DNA of 64,000 nt from Felis catus (lineage: Eukaryota): the NCBI RefSeq assembly GCF_018350175.1, contig NC_058368.1, positions 65,598,001 to 65,662,000 on the forward strand, in the 5' to 3' direction. Both the position numbers and the translations under genes were made by a program. Below the pieces are notes generated by a model. That model was not told where the DNA came from and made no database searches. It saw nothing but the letters and a program-made list of their open reading frames with translations. The number at the start of each line of letters is the position of its first letter. The first letter of the stretch is position 1. Shown here piece after piece: positions 1 to 12,152 of this stretch.

Positions 1-154
<154 letters not shown>

Positions 155-1704
155 TGATTCACTTTGTTCGAGGTGTGCTTTCCTGAGGATCTTGGTTTTA
201 TGTGAAAAACATTTTTTTTTGAAAGCTGGTGCTTTCCTCTCCCTCTTAAACATTTATAACTTTGTTTATTTTTAGAAAAAGCATGAGCTTTCTTGACAAT
301 TCTTAGAGTAATATGTTACAAAGCCTGCGTTAACGAAGAGCTGTTTTGAGTTTGTGGTTTTGCCTGTGAGATTTATTCTGAAAGATTGAGCTTAATTTTT
401 CATGATTAGAGTGATTCTAATTCAGGTTTTGTCACATCATAGCTTGTCTTAATTTTTCATCTGGGGATTTTCTTTAAAGTAATTAAGTGTCATTTAAAAT
501 TATTTGAAATATAGCAACACTTTCGAGAAGACAGGCTTGTTTTAAGTGCTAATGACACAGACTCCTTTATTTTGGAGTTTGGCCCTCCAATAATGCAGCC
601 ACATTTTGCCCTGCAGTGACAGTGCATTCTGCCCAACGTTTAAATCCTGTATTGATTTCCTGATTATAAGCAATCAACTTCATTTCTATATTCTATTTGT
701 TAAATAAACAGTTGGTATGAGAAAGCACAGAGAGTGAAAGTGATTATTACGAGGATGGCGACATTGAATGTTCTCATCAGCACTTGAGAAAAATATTCAA
801 AATCAATCTGATTTTCGTAAACTGAATTAATGATCATGATAAAGTTAAAATTCTTAGGTGGTTGCATGATGTTTAACGCTCTAAGAAATGAATGCACGTG
901 CCGTGGCTCATTGTAAACCAGACTCGCAAATTGTGGCAACCCTTCCTGGTACCTTTGGGTCTTATTAAGTTGTCCTTGGGCAGTGGGACTGCCATCATTT
1001 CCCTTATCCTCTCCAGTCCATGCACCGCGGAGCTAGTTTAGAAAAGGCTCGCCGAAGTTTTGATTTTCCTTTCTCTTCTCTCTGTAGTAGGTAAAATGTT
1101 CTGCTTCATTGCGGCTTTAACCTATTACAGCAACACCAATTCCTTTCAAATCAGCCCTCCGCGTCCTAAAAGGCAGGTCCAACCTGGTGGTGGTTTCAGT
1201 ACTTAAGCTGATGTGACATTTTCCATGTAAGTCAATGGGACTTGCTCTTCTCTGCCAAGTGTTTGAACATTTGCATGGTCTTCTCTGCCCCTCCCTCTGT
1301 GTTCAGCTTTATATGTGGAGGTATATGAAAACAATTCCTTATTTAGAAGTGACGCTGTGCGTGTTGGCGGGGGAGTACTTAGTTGTTGCCCTTGATTGAC
1401 AGATTACAAATTCGGTGACATTCAGGAGCCCCTGAAGGGGCTCTGTGCTGGAGGAACTGTAATGTATCACTTCACATTGAAGCAAATTGAGACGCCTTAT
1501 CGTTTGTTACAGAAAGCACGGAGAGTGATCTGGTGTTGTTGACTTTTACCTGTCTTTGGAAAACAATTCTAGTGCCTTTTCGAAGCTGGACTCCAAAATT
1601 CCGGAAAAGGAATTCTGGGACAGCCTCTGTGATACACAGCGTATATTCCTTTTAATGAAAATACTTTGTGTCTGATAGTTTTATGAGGAGCTGATTCATT
1701 TTCG

Positions 1705-1893
1705 TAAATATTTTTTTGAATGTTTGTTTATTTTGAGAGAGAGAGCCTGAGTGGGGTGGGGGTCAGAGAGAGGGAGAGAGAGAAAATCCCAAGCAGAACC
1801 CGACACGGGGCTGGAACCCACGAACCCCTAGATCGTGACCTGAGCTGAAATCAAGAGTCAGACGCTCAACTGACTGCGCCACCCAGGGGCCCC
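1705..1893 (-). mobile_element. CanSINE/SINEC_Fc, internally deleted
   Basis: Reverse strand GGGGCCCCTGGGTGGCGCAGTCAG head, (CT)n, A-tail; degenerate TSD CTGATT(C/T)ATTTT. Confidence 0.9.
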
Positions 1894-2022
1894 TGATTTA
1901 TTTTTTTAAATGCTATTTAAAAGGAATGAGCCTGATACTTGTATTCTCATAGCAATGCCTTTTAACAATGACTTTTTTTCCCCCCATACTAATGACTTTT
2001 ACTTTTGTTTTACTAAAGAAGC

Positions 2023-2027
<5 letters not shown>

Positions 2028-2081
<54 letters not shown>
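2028..2081. repeat. (CT)n microsatellite
   Basis: About 27 perfect units. Confidence 0.97.
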
Positions 2082-2083
<2 letters not shown>

Positions 2084-4080
2084 GATGTGTTTTAAATTGT
2101 TTTAATGTACTTGGGGGCACTATGTCAGTTGGTTTGACAGGATCTTGATTTTTGCTAAGATTAGATCTGACATGGGGGTTGACGAATTCTTTTTTAACAG
2201 TGCATCTCAGGTTGGGATGGGAGAGAAGTTGAGATTTTTTTCAAGGAAGCTATCGGCCAGACTTATTTTTAAAAATCCAAATGTGACCCTGATGAACTCA
2301 GCTTTTGAAGAGCCTGTCTTAAAAAAAAATTATGAAACTATGTAAATTTGGAAGTCACCATTCTCATTTCGGCTACTTCTTTAGGCGGTTACATGAAGGT
2401 CAGCCACACAGTTGTAGGACTTATCTTCTCATCCCGTGAAGGTGATCCTGCGAAGTCACCTGTTGGGGAAAGGGGTACATTCACACAGCCAGCTTTCCGT
2501 TTTCTCCCTTAGCTTTTTTCAAAAAGAACACTTCCTCACTGATGAGTATCAGTGAGTGTGAGCACCGAAGTATCTAGGATCAGTTGTGGAATGGTACCCT
2601 CTGAGCCTTATTTTCCCAGATAAAATCCGTGGTGCCGTGAAAGGCTTGGAGTTTATTTTTAGTGGTTTCCTATTATTCTGTGAGTCCGTTTGCATACTCA
2701 CTGGGGTCTCTTGATCCAAAGCATCCGTTTTGCATTTCTGCTGTGGTCCCACGTTCTCAGAGATCTTGATTTGTCATCAGGATTTTGCATGTTTTTGTTG
2801 GCTACCTGTTCTCCTTCGGATGAATGACTATTCCATGAGAAGGTGAGCACTCCCTTTCCTACCATTCTTATTTTCATTTAGGTAGAGTGGCAATTTAAGT
2901 TACACCTGATACATGTGATTCAGTCCAAACCATATTCAGAGAGGATAAATTTAGCCACTATTAACCATTAATCTATAGTTGTTGTTTTCCTTATTGTACT
3001 TTCTTAGAAATGTTTTGATTCTATTTCACTTTTCATTTTTTGTGGCAGAGGTGACTCCTAAAATTTGAAATTCCCAAACATTTAATGTAACATAGCATTC
3101 TGTTTCTTGCCATGTTCCTTCCTACTTTTTATTAATATCTTTGGTAATATTTAAAAGAAACACGGTATAGAATTGTAACTATTCATTGAGTGGTCAGAAA
3201 CTAACCCTGAATTAATATGAATTCTTCCCCACCTTTCCTAAATGATCAAGCTTTGCTTCATACTCCCATTAGTCCAAAACTTTGTAGCTGAGAGGCAATA
3301 AATTGCAAGAGTATATAATATCAATTGCAGACATTTTCCTTCTTTGGCAGAGGACTTTCTTATAACTGAGACGCTCTCTTTTTCTTTTTAAACATAGAAT
3401 TGAAATGTTATGAAGGTATATAAAATAAAAGTTTATATTCTTGGCACTGGTACTTTTGCAAGTGGTTCACAAGGTTTGGGTTAGTTGGTTGTTGTTTTTT
3501 CTTTTTTCCTTCTTTCTCTGGCCAAATCTCCATCTCTGGCTCGCATCGTGTACCCCTAGAAGCCCATCACCCTGCGGACTGGGGCTTAGCCTGCAAAGAT
3601 TTCCTCAGAACGATTCAGTGTTGCACTCAATTTGCTCTGTAGCCAAGACCAGACCTTTCTGTCACACCCCAGGGGTTACAATTATGAAGACCATCAGGTA
3701 TACCTGGCAGAGTGATCTCAGCATTACTCCCTTGCTTCCTACCTGTCTCACCTCTGCCAAACACCCGACAGCCAGAAGTTTGAAAACAAGTAAACAAATC
3801 ATATAAAAACATTCAAAAAAGGGAGGGACATCCTTGTGCACTTGCTCATTTTCCCAGGATTTTTGTGTTTAGTGACCATTTCACCTGTCAAATTGGCATT
3901 TGTGTCTAAATCACCGTGATTGTCATGCTTCTAAGTGGCTAATTTTTAGGGTTCTAGGAAAATAGACAACAACCACATGCTCATGTTGGTATAGTATAGT
4001 AATAAGAGACAACTCCTGGCCCCGTTCCTCGCTCTGTATAGATGTTAACCTATCGACCGAAGTGAGCCACAGTGCAGAGC

Positions 4081-4551
4081 TCTGATGTAAGTCAAGAGTA
4101 TTAGGCTACAGACTTGGTTTCATTCTCCTCGGTGGAAACTTGGCAAGTGACTTACCCTCTCTAGACCCCAGGTCCCTCGGAGCTCTTCAGTGGGGGACTC
4201 AGCATTGAGCCCCAGACTGAGCATTCCTGAAGCCCTGCTTATCGTCACTGGTACCCCTTAGACCCTCTAGTGCTTTCCAGTCTCCAAATATGCTAAGATT
4301 TCCTGAACAGCAGTATCCTCTCCTCTGTCTCTTGTGTCTGTCCTGTCCCAGTTATTGTGGGGAAGAGGTGATGATGTCTTGAGAGGGAAGTGGAATGAAT
4401 TTTGTTTAATCCTTAAAAAAGAAAATTACCTACCTAAATATAGTCTTGCCCCCAAGGAACCTGGGGCCTAGAGAGGGTAAGTCACTTGCCAAGTTTCCAC
4501 CGAGAAGAATGAAACCAAGTCTGTAGCCTAATGCTCTTGACTTACATCAGA
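4081..4551. repeat. Inverted repeat: 100-bp arms (4081-4180 and 4452-4551), 271-bp spacer, MIR-like arms
   Basis: Base-by-base pairing gives 95/100 matches with no gaps; arms contain the MIR-core-like TTGGCAAGTGACTTACCCTCTCT. Confidence 0.95.
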
Positions 4552-5449
4552 CTTATAAATAGCAATGGAATAGGAACTTGACATTTGCTTGAAATTATAA
4601 CTAAGCCTTTATTTGTTTCAAGCGGACACTGGCTAAAAATCATTGATATTCCTTTAACAAGGCAACAATGATATTGTTGGGTAAAGAATCTAGCCACATT
4701 TTTGGAAAAGGCAGGAATAGTATTCAATTAGAAGTTGTCTGTCAATTAAAGGGGAACGGGTGTTTTGTGCAAAAATGTTATTGAATCAGCTAAGCTGTAT
4801 TATTTATTCTCCTTATCTCACAAAGCCCTGGTAGCTTCTGTCTTAATGTGAGCACCAGCACCCTATTCTCCAGGAACGTGCATGGAATATGGATTCTTGA
4901 GAGACAGGAAAATTTCATTGAAGGGATATTTTATTTTGCTTATTTTTTCTTCAGATTTATTTGTGCCGAATTTTATTCACATTTGAAACTCAATATGAGA
5001 GTTTTTGTTGTTGTTTAGTTTGTCCTTCTTGGTCTTATTATTTTACTTTCCTTCCTGGTTTTTATTTATGCATTTTAATGACACACATTTGTCCAGAGAT
5101 TTTTGCAGCAAGTAAATTTTTAAGAGCAAAAAATAAAAATAAAAATAAAAAAAGTTGAGCAGTAATTTCCATCTTTCTGAAGAACTTATTCTATACTAAC
5201 ACAGTCAGCTCTGATTTTACTGAATGTGGAAATAATTTATACACAGCGACATAATATTTTTATACTGCAAATCTGCTTGTGTTTTCTTTTAAAATATCAT
5301 TTCTCATCTATATACTGTAGAGATGACAATAATGCAATGATATCTATAAAATATGGTTGAATTTTCCCAGAGAAAACACTTGAATAGGAAAAACCGCTAA
5401 GTAGTTTTCCATATGTGGTAGAATCGTCTATATTTCCTGTCATATGAGT

Positions 5450-5450
<1 letters not shown>

Positions 5451-5491
<41 letters not shown>
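5451..5491. repeat. (GT)n microsatellite
   Basis: About 20 units. Confidence 0.97.
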
Positions 5492-5492
<1 letters not shown>

Positions 5493-5509
5493 TTTCAGTT
5501 TGGAAACAT

Positions 5510-5810
5510 TTATTCAGAACCTTATATGTAGAAGACACTTAACCAAGTGGGTAGTAGATAAAAAAGTTGACTAATAATGACAAAAATATGGTCACAATCT
5601 GTCATGAAGTTTATCTTACCTCGTTGGGGAGACACAAGTATCAAACCAATAGTAAAGAAGGCAGGATTGGCTGTATCATATGGTGGGAGTCCATTGGAGG
5701 CAGAATGGAGGGAACAAAGTGTTCTACTTAGAGGCATCAGAGAAGCCTTTTGGAAGAAAGAACAGACAGGACTCTTAAGGAATAACTTAAGAGTGTGATA
5801 AAGAAGGGGC
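5510..5810 (+). mobile_element. L2-like relic
   Basis: AAACATTTATT... and GGCATCAGAGAAGCCTTTTGGAAGAA resemble the L2 3' region. Confidence 0.45.
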
Positions 5811-5969
5811 AGGAAGAGACAAAGGCACCAGAAATTTTGTATGCATGTCTACCAAGTCCTTAGGACATGTTGTAAACATATTTACTATTGATGTTTTGCA
5901 ACATTGTTTATCTGTTGACATTTAGCTTGCATCTATCATGTAGATATTCTGTAGAATCGTGTCAGTCGT

Positions 5970-6396
5970 GTCAGTCGTTTATGTCTTCTATTGTTTCATA
6001 ACAAACAACAACAAAATTTCAGGGCATAAACAAGAAGCATTTATTTTTTCCTGAATGCATCTTTGGATTGTCTAGAGTTTGGCTATTCTGGTCTATGCCC
6101 TGCTCACTTTGGCTCTAAACTACTGTTTGGTCTGGTCTGTTCTAGATATTACTGTTCTTTTGGAGGCAGGAGTCTCTCTTGATCATTTTCTTCTCATCAT
6201 GAAGTTTAGACACTAAGATTCATAAGTGGAGGCATGGTGCCCCTTAATGCCCAAACTAGGACTGGCACACTCTCTTCCCAGGTTCTGTTGGCCAAATCGA
6301 ATCTCCCAGTCATTCCTAACATCAGTGGAGAAGGGATTGTATGACTTAAAAGTGAAGGTTGGGGAGGAGTGAATATTTCTATATCCTAACTACCAT
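5970..6396 (-). mobile_element. Old MLT1 (MaLR) solo LTR
   Basis: CATAACAAACAACAACAAAATTTCAGGGCATAAACAAGAAGCATTTATT start; TTCTGTTGGCCAAA...CTACCATA end. Confidence 0.7.
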
Positions 6397-7088
6397 AGTC
6401 CTCAACTGACTCCTCTTGTTATTCTCGAAACAACATTTTATGTTCTGCACAGGGTGGTTTGTTTGTTGTTGTTTTGGTGGATTCTCTAGGAATTCAAGAG
6501 GGATAAGTATTTTCTACATGAAGCACAGGGACATACCTGTTTTACCACTGCCTTCAGTCTCCTAGCACAGGAACAAATGCTAGCATAACCACACAGGCAC
6601 ACATGCACCACTTCCCCAATGTGATTCAAGAATAAATAGATGTGATATTCCTGTTTCTTAAGCTACTAGTACTCTTGTTTGTAATACAGAATAGAAGCTA
6701 GCTGTAATTCATGAGGGTTATCGTATTAATTATCTTACAAAATAATTAGCTGAACACCTTTAATTTTGCTAGGCCACCACCTCAATGACATGTATTTCAT
6801 CTGAAGGACACATCTTTGGAAATCACATTGTCCTGGATTGGGTTTTAGAAATTAGAAACAGTCATACTATCACTGGAGAGTGATCAGTGATCTGCTAGTT
6901 TTACAAAAGGGCAGACTTTCCAAAAATAAGAATCAGCTAACAGGGGATTTCAACTTTGGCAGAACTAGTGCAGATTTACAAATCACAAATGCCTTGTGTT
7001 TGCACAATGTTGGAATAGATGGTCCATGGTAGGGGTCTTTTAAATGCAAATGCGTGAAGAACCCAGATCTTTGTACAAGTGAAATTTG

Positions 7089-7244
7089 TCTTTCCTTCCT
7101 CCCTTTCCCTTTCCCTTTCTCTTTCTCTTTCCCTTTCCCTTTCCCTTTCCCTTTCCCTTTGCCTTTGCCTTTGCCTTTGCCTTTGCCTTTCCCTTTCCCT
7201 TTGCCTTCCCCTTCTCCTTCCCCTCCCCCTTTTTTTTTTTTTTT
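7089..7244. repeat. Compound (CCCTTT)n/(GCCTTT)n polypyrimidine tract ending in poly(T)
   Basis: Directly visible. Confidence 0.95.
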
Positions 7245-7972
7245 ATCCTGCTCTTTGGACAGATCATTCCAAACTAAGGAAGCACACTGCTGATTTACAG
7301 CGTCATGTCCTCTGTGATGGACTACCAGTCTTCTTCTAATTCTTAGACCCCTACCACACACCTCAAAGTAAAACACATTATACTCCCAGTGTAGTTGTAA
7401 TATTATCATCTTATTATCACCAGTTCCCTTGCATGGTGGCTTTGCTGAGCAGCTGTTTCACAGACAAGCCAATTTCTTTTAAGTATTGCTCTATCAGATG
7501 CTGAAACCAGCCCTACCAGAAGGGTTCTTGGTCGTGAATGTTAATGAGCAGACAAGTATCTGCTCTCTGACAGGGACTCACTAATCCTTTGAGTAAGTAT
7601 GGGTAAATTACAGGAGAAATTTTATTTCAGTTAAATTGATCTGCCACTGAATAGAGAAAACTGATTTTCTTATTTTAATGAAAATCAAGAAAAATATTTA
7701 ACGGTGGTGTAAATTAGAGCTCAGTGGAAACATTTTTGTCTTTAAACCTGAGAATACTCAGCTCAGCGTAGACTAGTTTGACTGCATAGTGTATGTAATG
7801 ATGATGGAAAATTCATGATCTCTGGTTAGGCGTGATGAGCACTGGGAAACAGTGTAAGTCACCGCCTCTAAGTGGGATTTTGCACCAAGATTCTTGACCT
7901 TCCCTCATGATAGGGAATCGGAATGAAACTATGTTTTCCTCCTCCGTTGAGACAACATGGTTTCCCTTTTTC

Positions 7973-8210
7973 TTTTTTTTTTATTTATTTAAAAAAAATT
8001 TTTTTTAAATGTTTATTTATTTTTGAGACAGAGAGAGACAGAGCATGAATGGGGGAGGGGCAGAGAGAGAGAAAGACATAGAATCGGAAGCAGGCTCCAG
8101 GCTCTGAGCCATCAGCCCAGAGCCTGACGAGGGGCTCGAACTCACGAACCGTGAGATCGTGACCTGAGCTGAAGTTGGACGCTCAACCGACTGAGCCACC
8201 CAGGCGCCCC
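7973..8210 (-). mobile_element. SINEC_Fc
   Basis: Full-length; TSD TCCCTTTTTC (7963-7972 and 8211-8220). Confidence 0.96.
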
Positions 8211-8505
8211 TCCCTTTTTCAAATGAATAACATGGTAAAGGCATAAGAAGCATTTATATGCTTTGAGGGTTCTAAGATTTAGAAGGAAAGATTCAGGTGA
8301 GAATCTGAAATGACAAACCTTGTCCTGACAGGAGTCCCTGAGGTGGGCACCTTGAAGGAACGAGATGGACAGGAAAGTGATAATGATTGAATGAGTTGAT
8401 GAGTCCATGTTTGTTTGTTTGTTTGTTTCTTAATATTCTCATTTTTGTATGGTTTCTAAATATCTATAATAACAAAAAAGTTTTTTAACAAGAAATAACT
8501 GACTT

Positions 8506-8727
8506 GGGGCACCTGGATGGCACAGTGGGTTAAGTGTCTGACTTTAGCTCAGGTCGTGATTCACGGTTCCTGAATTTGAGCCCTGCATCTGGGTCTCTGC
8601 TGTCAGCGCAGAGCCCGCTTTGGATCCTCTGTTCCGCCGCCCCCCTCCTCATCTCCTCCCCCTCTCACGCTCCTGTGCATGTGTGCTCTCTCTCTTTCTC
8701 TCAAAAATAAACATAAAAAAATAACAA
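8506..8727 (+). mobile_element. SINEC_Fc/CanSINE
   Basis: GGGGCACCTGGATGG head, CT-rich tract, A-tail, degenerate TSD. Confidence 0.93.
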
Positions 8728-9075
8728 AACGAGAGATAACGGACTTGAGCATATACAGCATGGGAGATTTTCAGACCGTGAATTCATTGTAGATACCTAA
8801 CAATGTCAGCAGATAATTGTCACTCTCATGTCTTGTGTATTTAACAACAGTAAATTAAACAGAGAGTGCCATTTTCAAATTTGCAAAGATGAACGGAATT
8901 TACACAGACTTTAACTCAGATTGAGGCCACTTAGTTTCTGCTTCCATCCAGCATTTTATCATTGTTTTTCTAGAAATGGCCTCTCCAGTTTATCCCCATG
9001 AATAGGCGTGTTAAAAAAAAATCCCTCTATTAAGTATGATTCAAAATGTTGAACTCTAGTTTAGAAGATATATGG

Positions 9076-9296
9076 GGGGCGCCTGGGTGGCTCAGTTGGT
9101 TGAGTGTCCGACTTTGGCTCAGATCATGATCTCACGGTTCATGGGTTTGAGCCCTGCGTCAGGCTCTGTGCTGATAGCTTGGAGCCCGCAGCCTGCTTCT
9201 GATTCTGTGTCTCCCTTTCTCTCTGCCCCTCCCCTGCTCGCGCTGTCTCTCTCTGCCTCTCAAAAATAAATAAATGTAAAAAAAAATAAAAAAAAA
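9076..9296 (+). mobile_element. SINEC_Fc
   Basis: Full-length; TSD AGAAGATATATGG. Confidence 0.96.
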
Positions 9297-10103
9297 AGAA
9301 GATATATGGACACCATGGCAAGCAGACTGTTCATATACAAAATTTGGCAAGATTCAGAAGAAAATGTAAAATGTATATTATAAGTGCATTATAAATAACA
9401 TTTCAATGTTGCTCAGTAGTTACCCAGTAATTTTTAGTTGAATGACACCTACGTGAACTTGGCATTCTAGCAAATTAATAGGAAAAGACAGCTTGCCTAA
9501 GCAATTAATTCCATAGGGTTCCAAGTATTCCATTAGGTAGGAAGAGAATATTAAACCAAATATGGAGGTAGAGTCAGGAACCAGCTAAGCCTGAATGGTT
9601 CACAGCACCCTGAGAAATTTTTGGAAATCACTCAACACGGCTTCAGAATTTTCCACTTATTATTCTTTCAAAAGGTTTGTAATATTCATTAAATGGACAA
9701 ATATTATTTTGAGGATGACTGTATATAGAAGCACATGATCTTCATGCTGTTGCCACCTTACCTCATGGTTTAATTGAATCCAAATAACTTGAAAATGAAA
9801 AGCAAACTTTGAAGTCAGGTATCATGGAATTGACCTCCAAGGCCTTTCCATGTTTGAGGAAATTGTGGTTCCCACATATTTTGTTTTGAACATTTCTTTG
9901 CATATTTTCTCCATTTAGAAAGAATAATGCTGTGGTCTTTACAGGCTTGGGTTCCCTCAGCCCTTCTGTCTCCTTCTCAGTGCTGATGTTATGGACACCT
10001 GCTCATTTTCACTTGTTTCCTGTTCTTTTAAAAAGTGAGATCAATTGCCTATTCCCTGTGGAAGTCTAACTCTCTAAGTATAAGCATTAGGTCTCCTATT
10101 TCT

Positions 10104-10105
<2 letters not shown>

Positions 10106-10150
<45 letters not shown>
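10106..10150. repeat. (GT)n microsatellite
   Basis: About 22 units. Confidence 0.97.
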
Positions 10151-10151
<1 letters not shown>

Positions 10152-10408
10152 ATGAACATGGAGAGGTTAAGATGCACACGAGTCACCTGGAGGACCAGTT
10201 AATGTATAGGTTGCTGGGCTCGCACACTGGAAATTTGGATTCTTTGGTCTGCATGGGACTCAGAATTATTTACCTTAAGCACCGCACATTAGTCTAAATA
10301 TCCTGGTTTAATGGAATTGAGAGGTCAATTGCCAGGACATAGAGTAAGGCACAGAAAAATGACAGAGGTTTTTCAATCTTTGCTCTATCCTATTAAACAT
10401 TGGGGTCA

Positions 10409-10530
10409 GGGCACCTGGGTGGCTTAGTCCATTACGTATCCTACTCTTGATTTCCGCTCAGCTTGTGATCTCAGTTTGTGAGATCAAACCCGCATTGGAC
10501 TCTGTGCTGACAGCATAGAGCCTGCTTGGG

Positions 10531-10573
<43 letters not shown>

Positions 10574-10625
10574 GTCTTCCCACCCCAGTCCCTCAAAATA
10601 ATAAATAAATAAACATTAAGAAAAT
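10409..10625 (+). mobile_element. CanSINE with expanded (CT)n
   Basis: Head GGGCACCTGGGTGGCT; degenerate TSD ending GGGGTCAG. Confidence 0.92.
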
Positions 10626-10950
10626 AAATATCGGGGTCAGTTTGAGTCTGCCAGTAAAAGGTCCCTACTGTGTTAGGTGGGATTTAAGTACCTACTGTTC
10701 ATCACACACTGTGTTTTATACATTAAGCAAGACTCTTTTTTCCCTCTGATTTTGACAACAAGTTACACTTGATCCAGAGCTCATTTGCTCTTTTGCAGAT
10801 CAAAATTATACTTTGTTTGAACTTTTAACGTATTTGTGAACTACAAAATTTTCTTTTTATCTGTTATTTTCTAGTTCATAGGCTCTAACAGATACTTATT
10901 TTTCACACTGTAGAAAATGCATTTTGATTTCTTCGTGTCTTTTGTTATTG

Positions 10951-10990
10951 TTTATTTATTTATTTATTTATTTGTTTATTTATTTATTTG
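10951..10990. repeat. (TTTA)n
   Basis: Directly visible, imperfect. Confidence 0.85.
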
Positions 10991-12152
10991 TTGCTCGGAT
11001 GATATTTTTGAAGGCACGTAACTTTTTCTGAAGAGCATTTTCTGATCATAATTAACATATGCTTTTTGTAGAAACCTTGAATAGCTTAACTTTAAAGGAT
11101 TGAAAGTTTCTTTAAATTTATGCCAACTAGAGGGGAAAAAAAAACCTCATGACACTGAGGTAAAAATGTAATAATAACCACTGTATGGTTTCTCACGAAA
11201 CTTTATTCAAATAACTTCTGAAAAATAAATCAATTTGAACTTTTAGTTTCTGTGTAAAGTTGTTTATAAATATGAAATGAAAAGTAGAACTCAATCCCTG
11301 CAAGGGGGAGAAGACTTTTCTGTTTTCCGTTGTTGGTATTCTCCTCACACTTTATACTATTTTCTCAATACCACTTTTGACCACTTTTACTGTAATCGAG
11401 TCGATGGTCTTGATTTAGAGTGCACATAGAATTATGCGGATTATGTTCAAATTATGACAACATAGTGCTAAAGATTTATATGATCCAATAAATCATGATT
11501 TATATTAAAGAATAGGTCAAGGAAGTACTTAAAATGAATCCTCCCGTGAAGAGGTTTATGGAAAATAGAGATTTAAGGAAAAATGATATGAACACTTTTA
11601 ATGCCCTTCTTGACCCCTGGTTCACAGTTTTACCGACATGGCCCAGGGATCATCAGGTGAACCAGACTTGCCCTCTCTCTCTCTCCCCATAGTGCCCGAA
11701 ATATTTTAGGAAGGAAAGTGGCTTCTAAGACTATTGTCAGGCCTAGAGCATTCCAAGTTCCCCTACAAACAGCAGACTAGCGGTCAGACACAGCCTGCTG
11801 ACAGTTTCAAGTTTTAGCTGGTCTCTAGTGCATAAAACTCTGGATTGGATTCTGCAATTGGAGAGGCTGGGGAGCCAGTTTTAATTAACATTAGCATTGT
11901 ATATCTTTAAATTGCTAAATGCGTTCCCAAAAAGTATAGTCACTTCTTTTTCGTTAATGTTCGAGATGATCATTCTCTTGGCTGTTTCTAAATCAGAAGA
12001 AATCTCTCTCTCTTTTTTTTTTTCCTGTGTAGATTCTAGGTGTCTATTGCAGTCTGTACATTTTCTTTATTTGCTCATTCATTCCCCACAGTTGGGGAAA
12101 AGTCTACTTTGTTCATGATGTTATGCCATGTTCTATGAAAAACAAACAAACA

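Noticed and set aside
4081..4551. Canonical pre-miRNA or MITE interpretation of the inverted repeat
   Set aside because: A 271-nt loop is far too large for a Drosha hairpin; no TSD or known TIR, and the arms look MIR-derived
6933..7409. 158-aa K/G-rich ORF and overlapping ORFs
   Set aside because: Translation of the (CCCTTT)n repeat; open in several frames only because the repeat lacks stop codons
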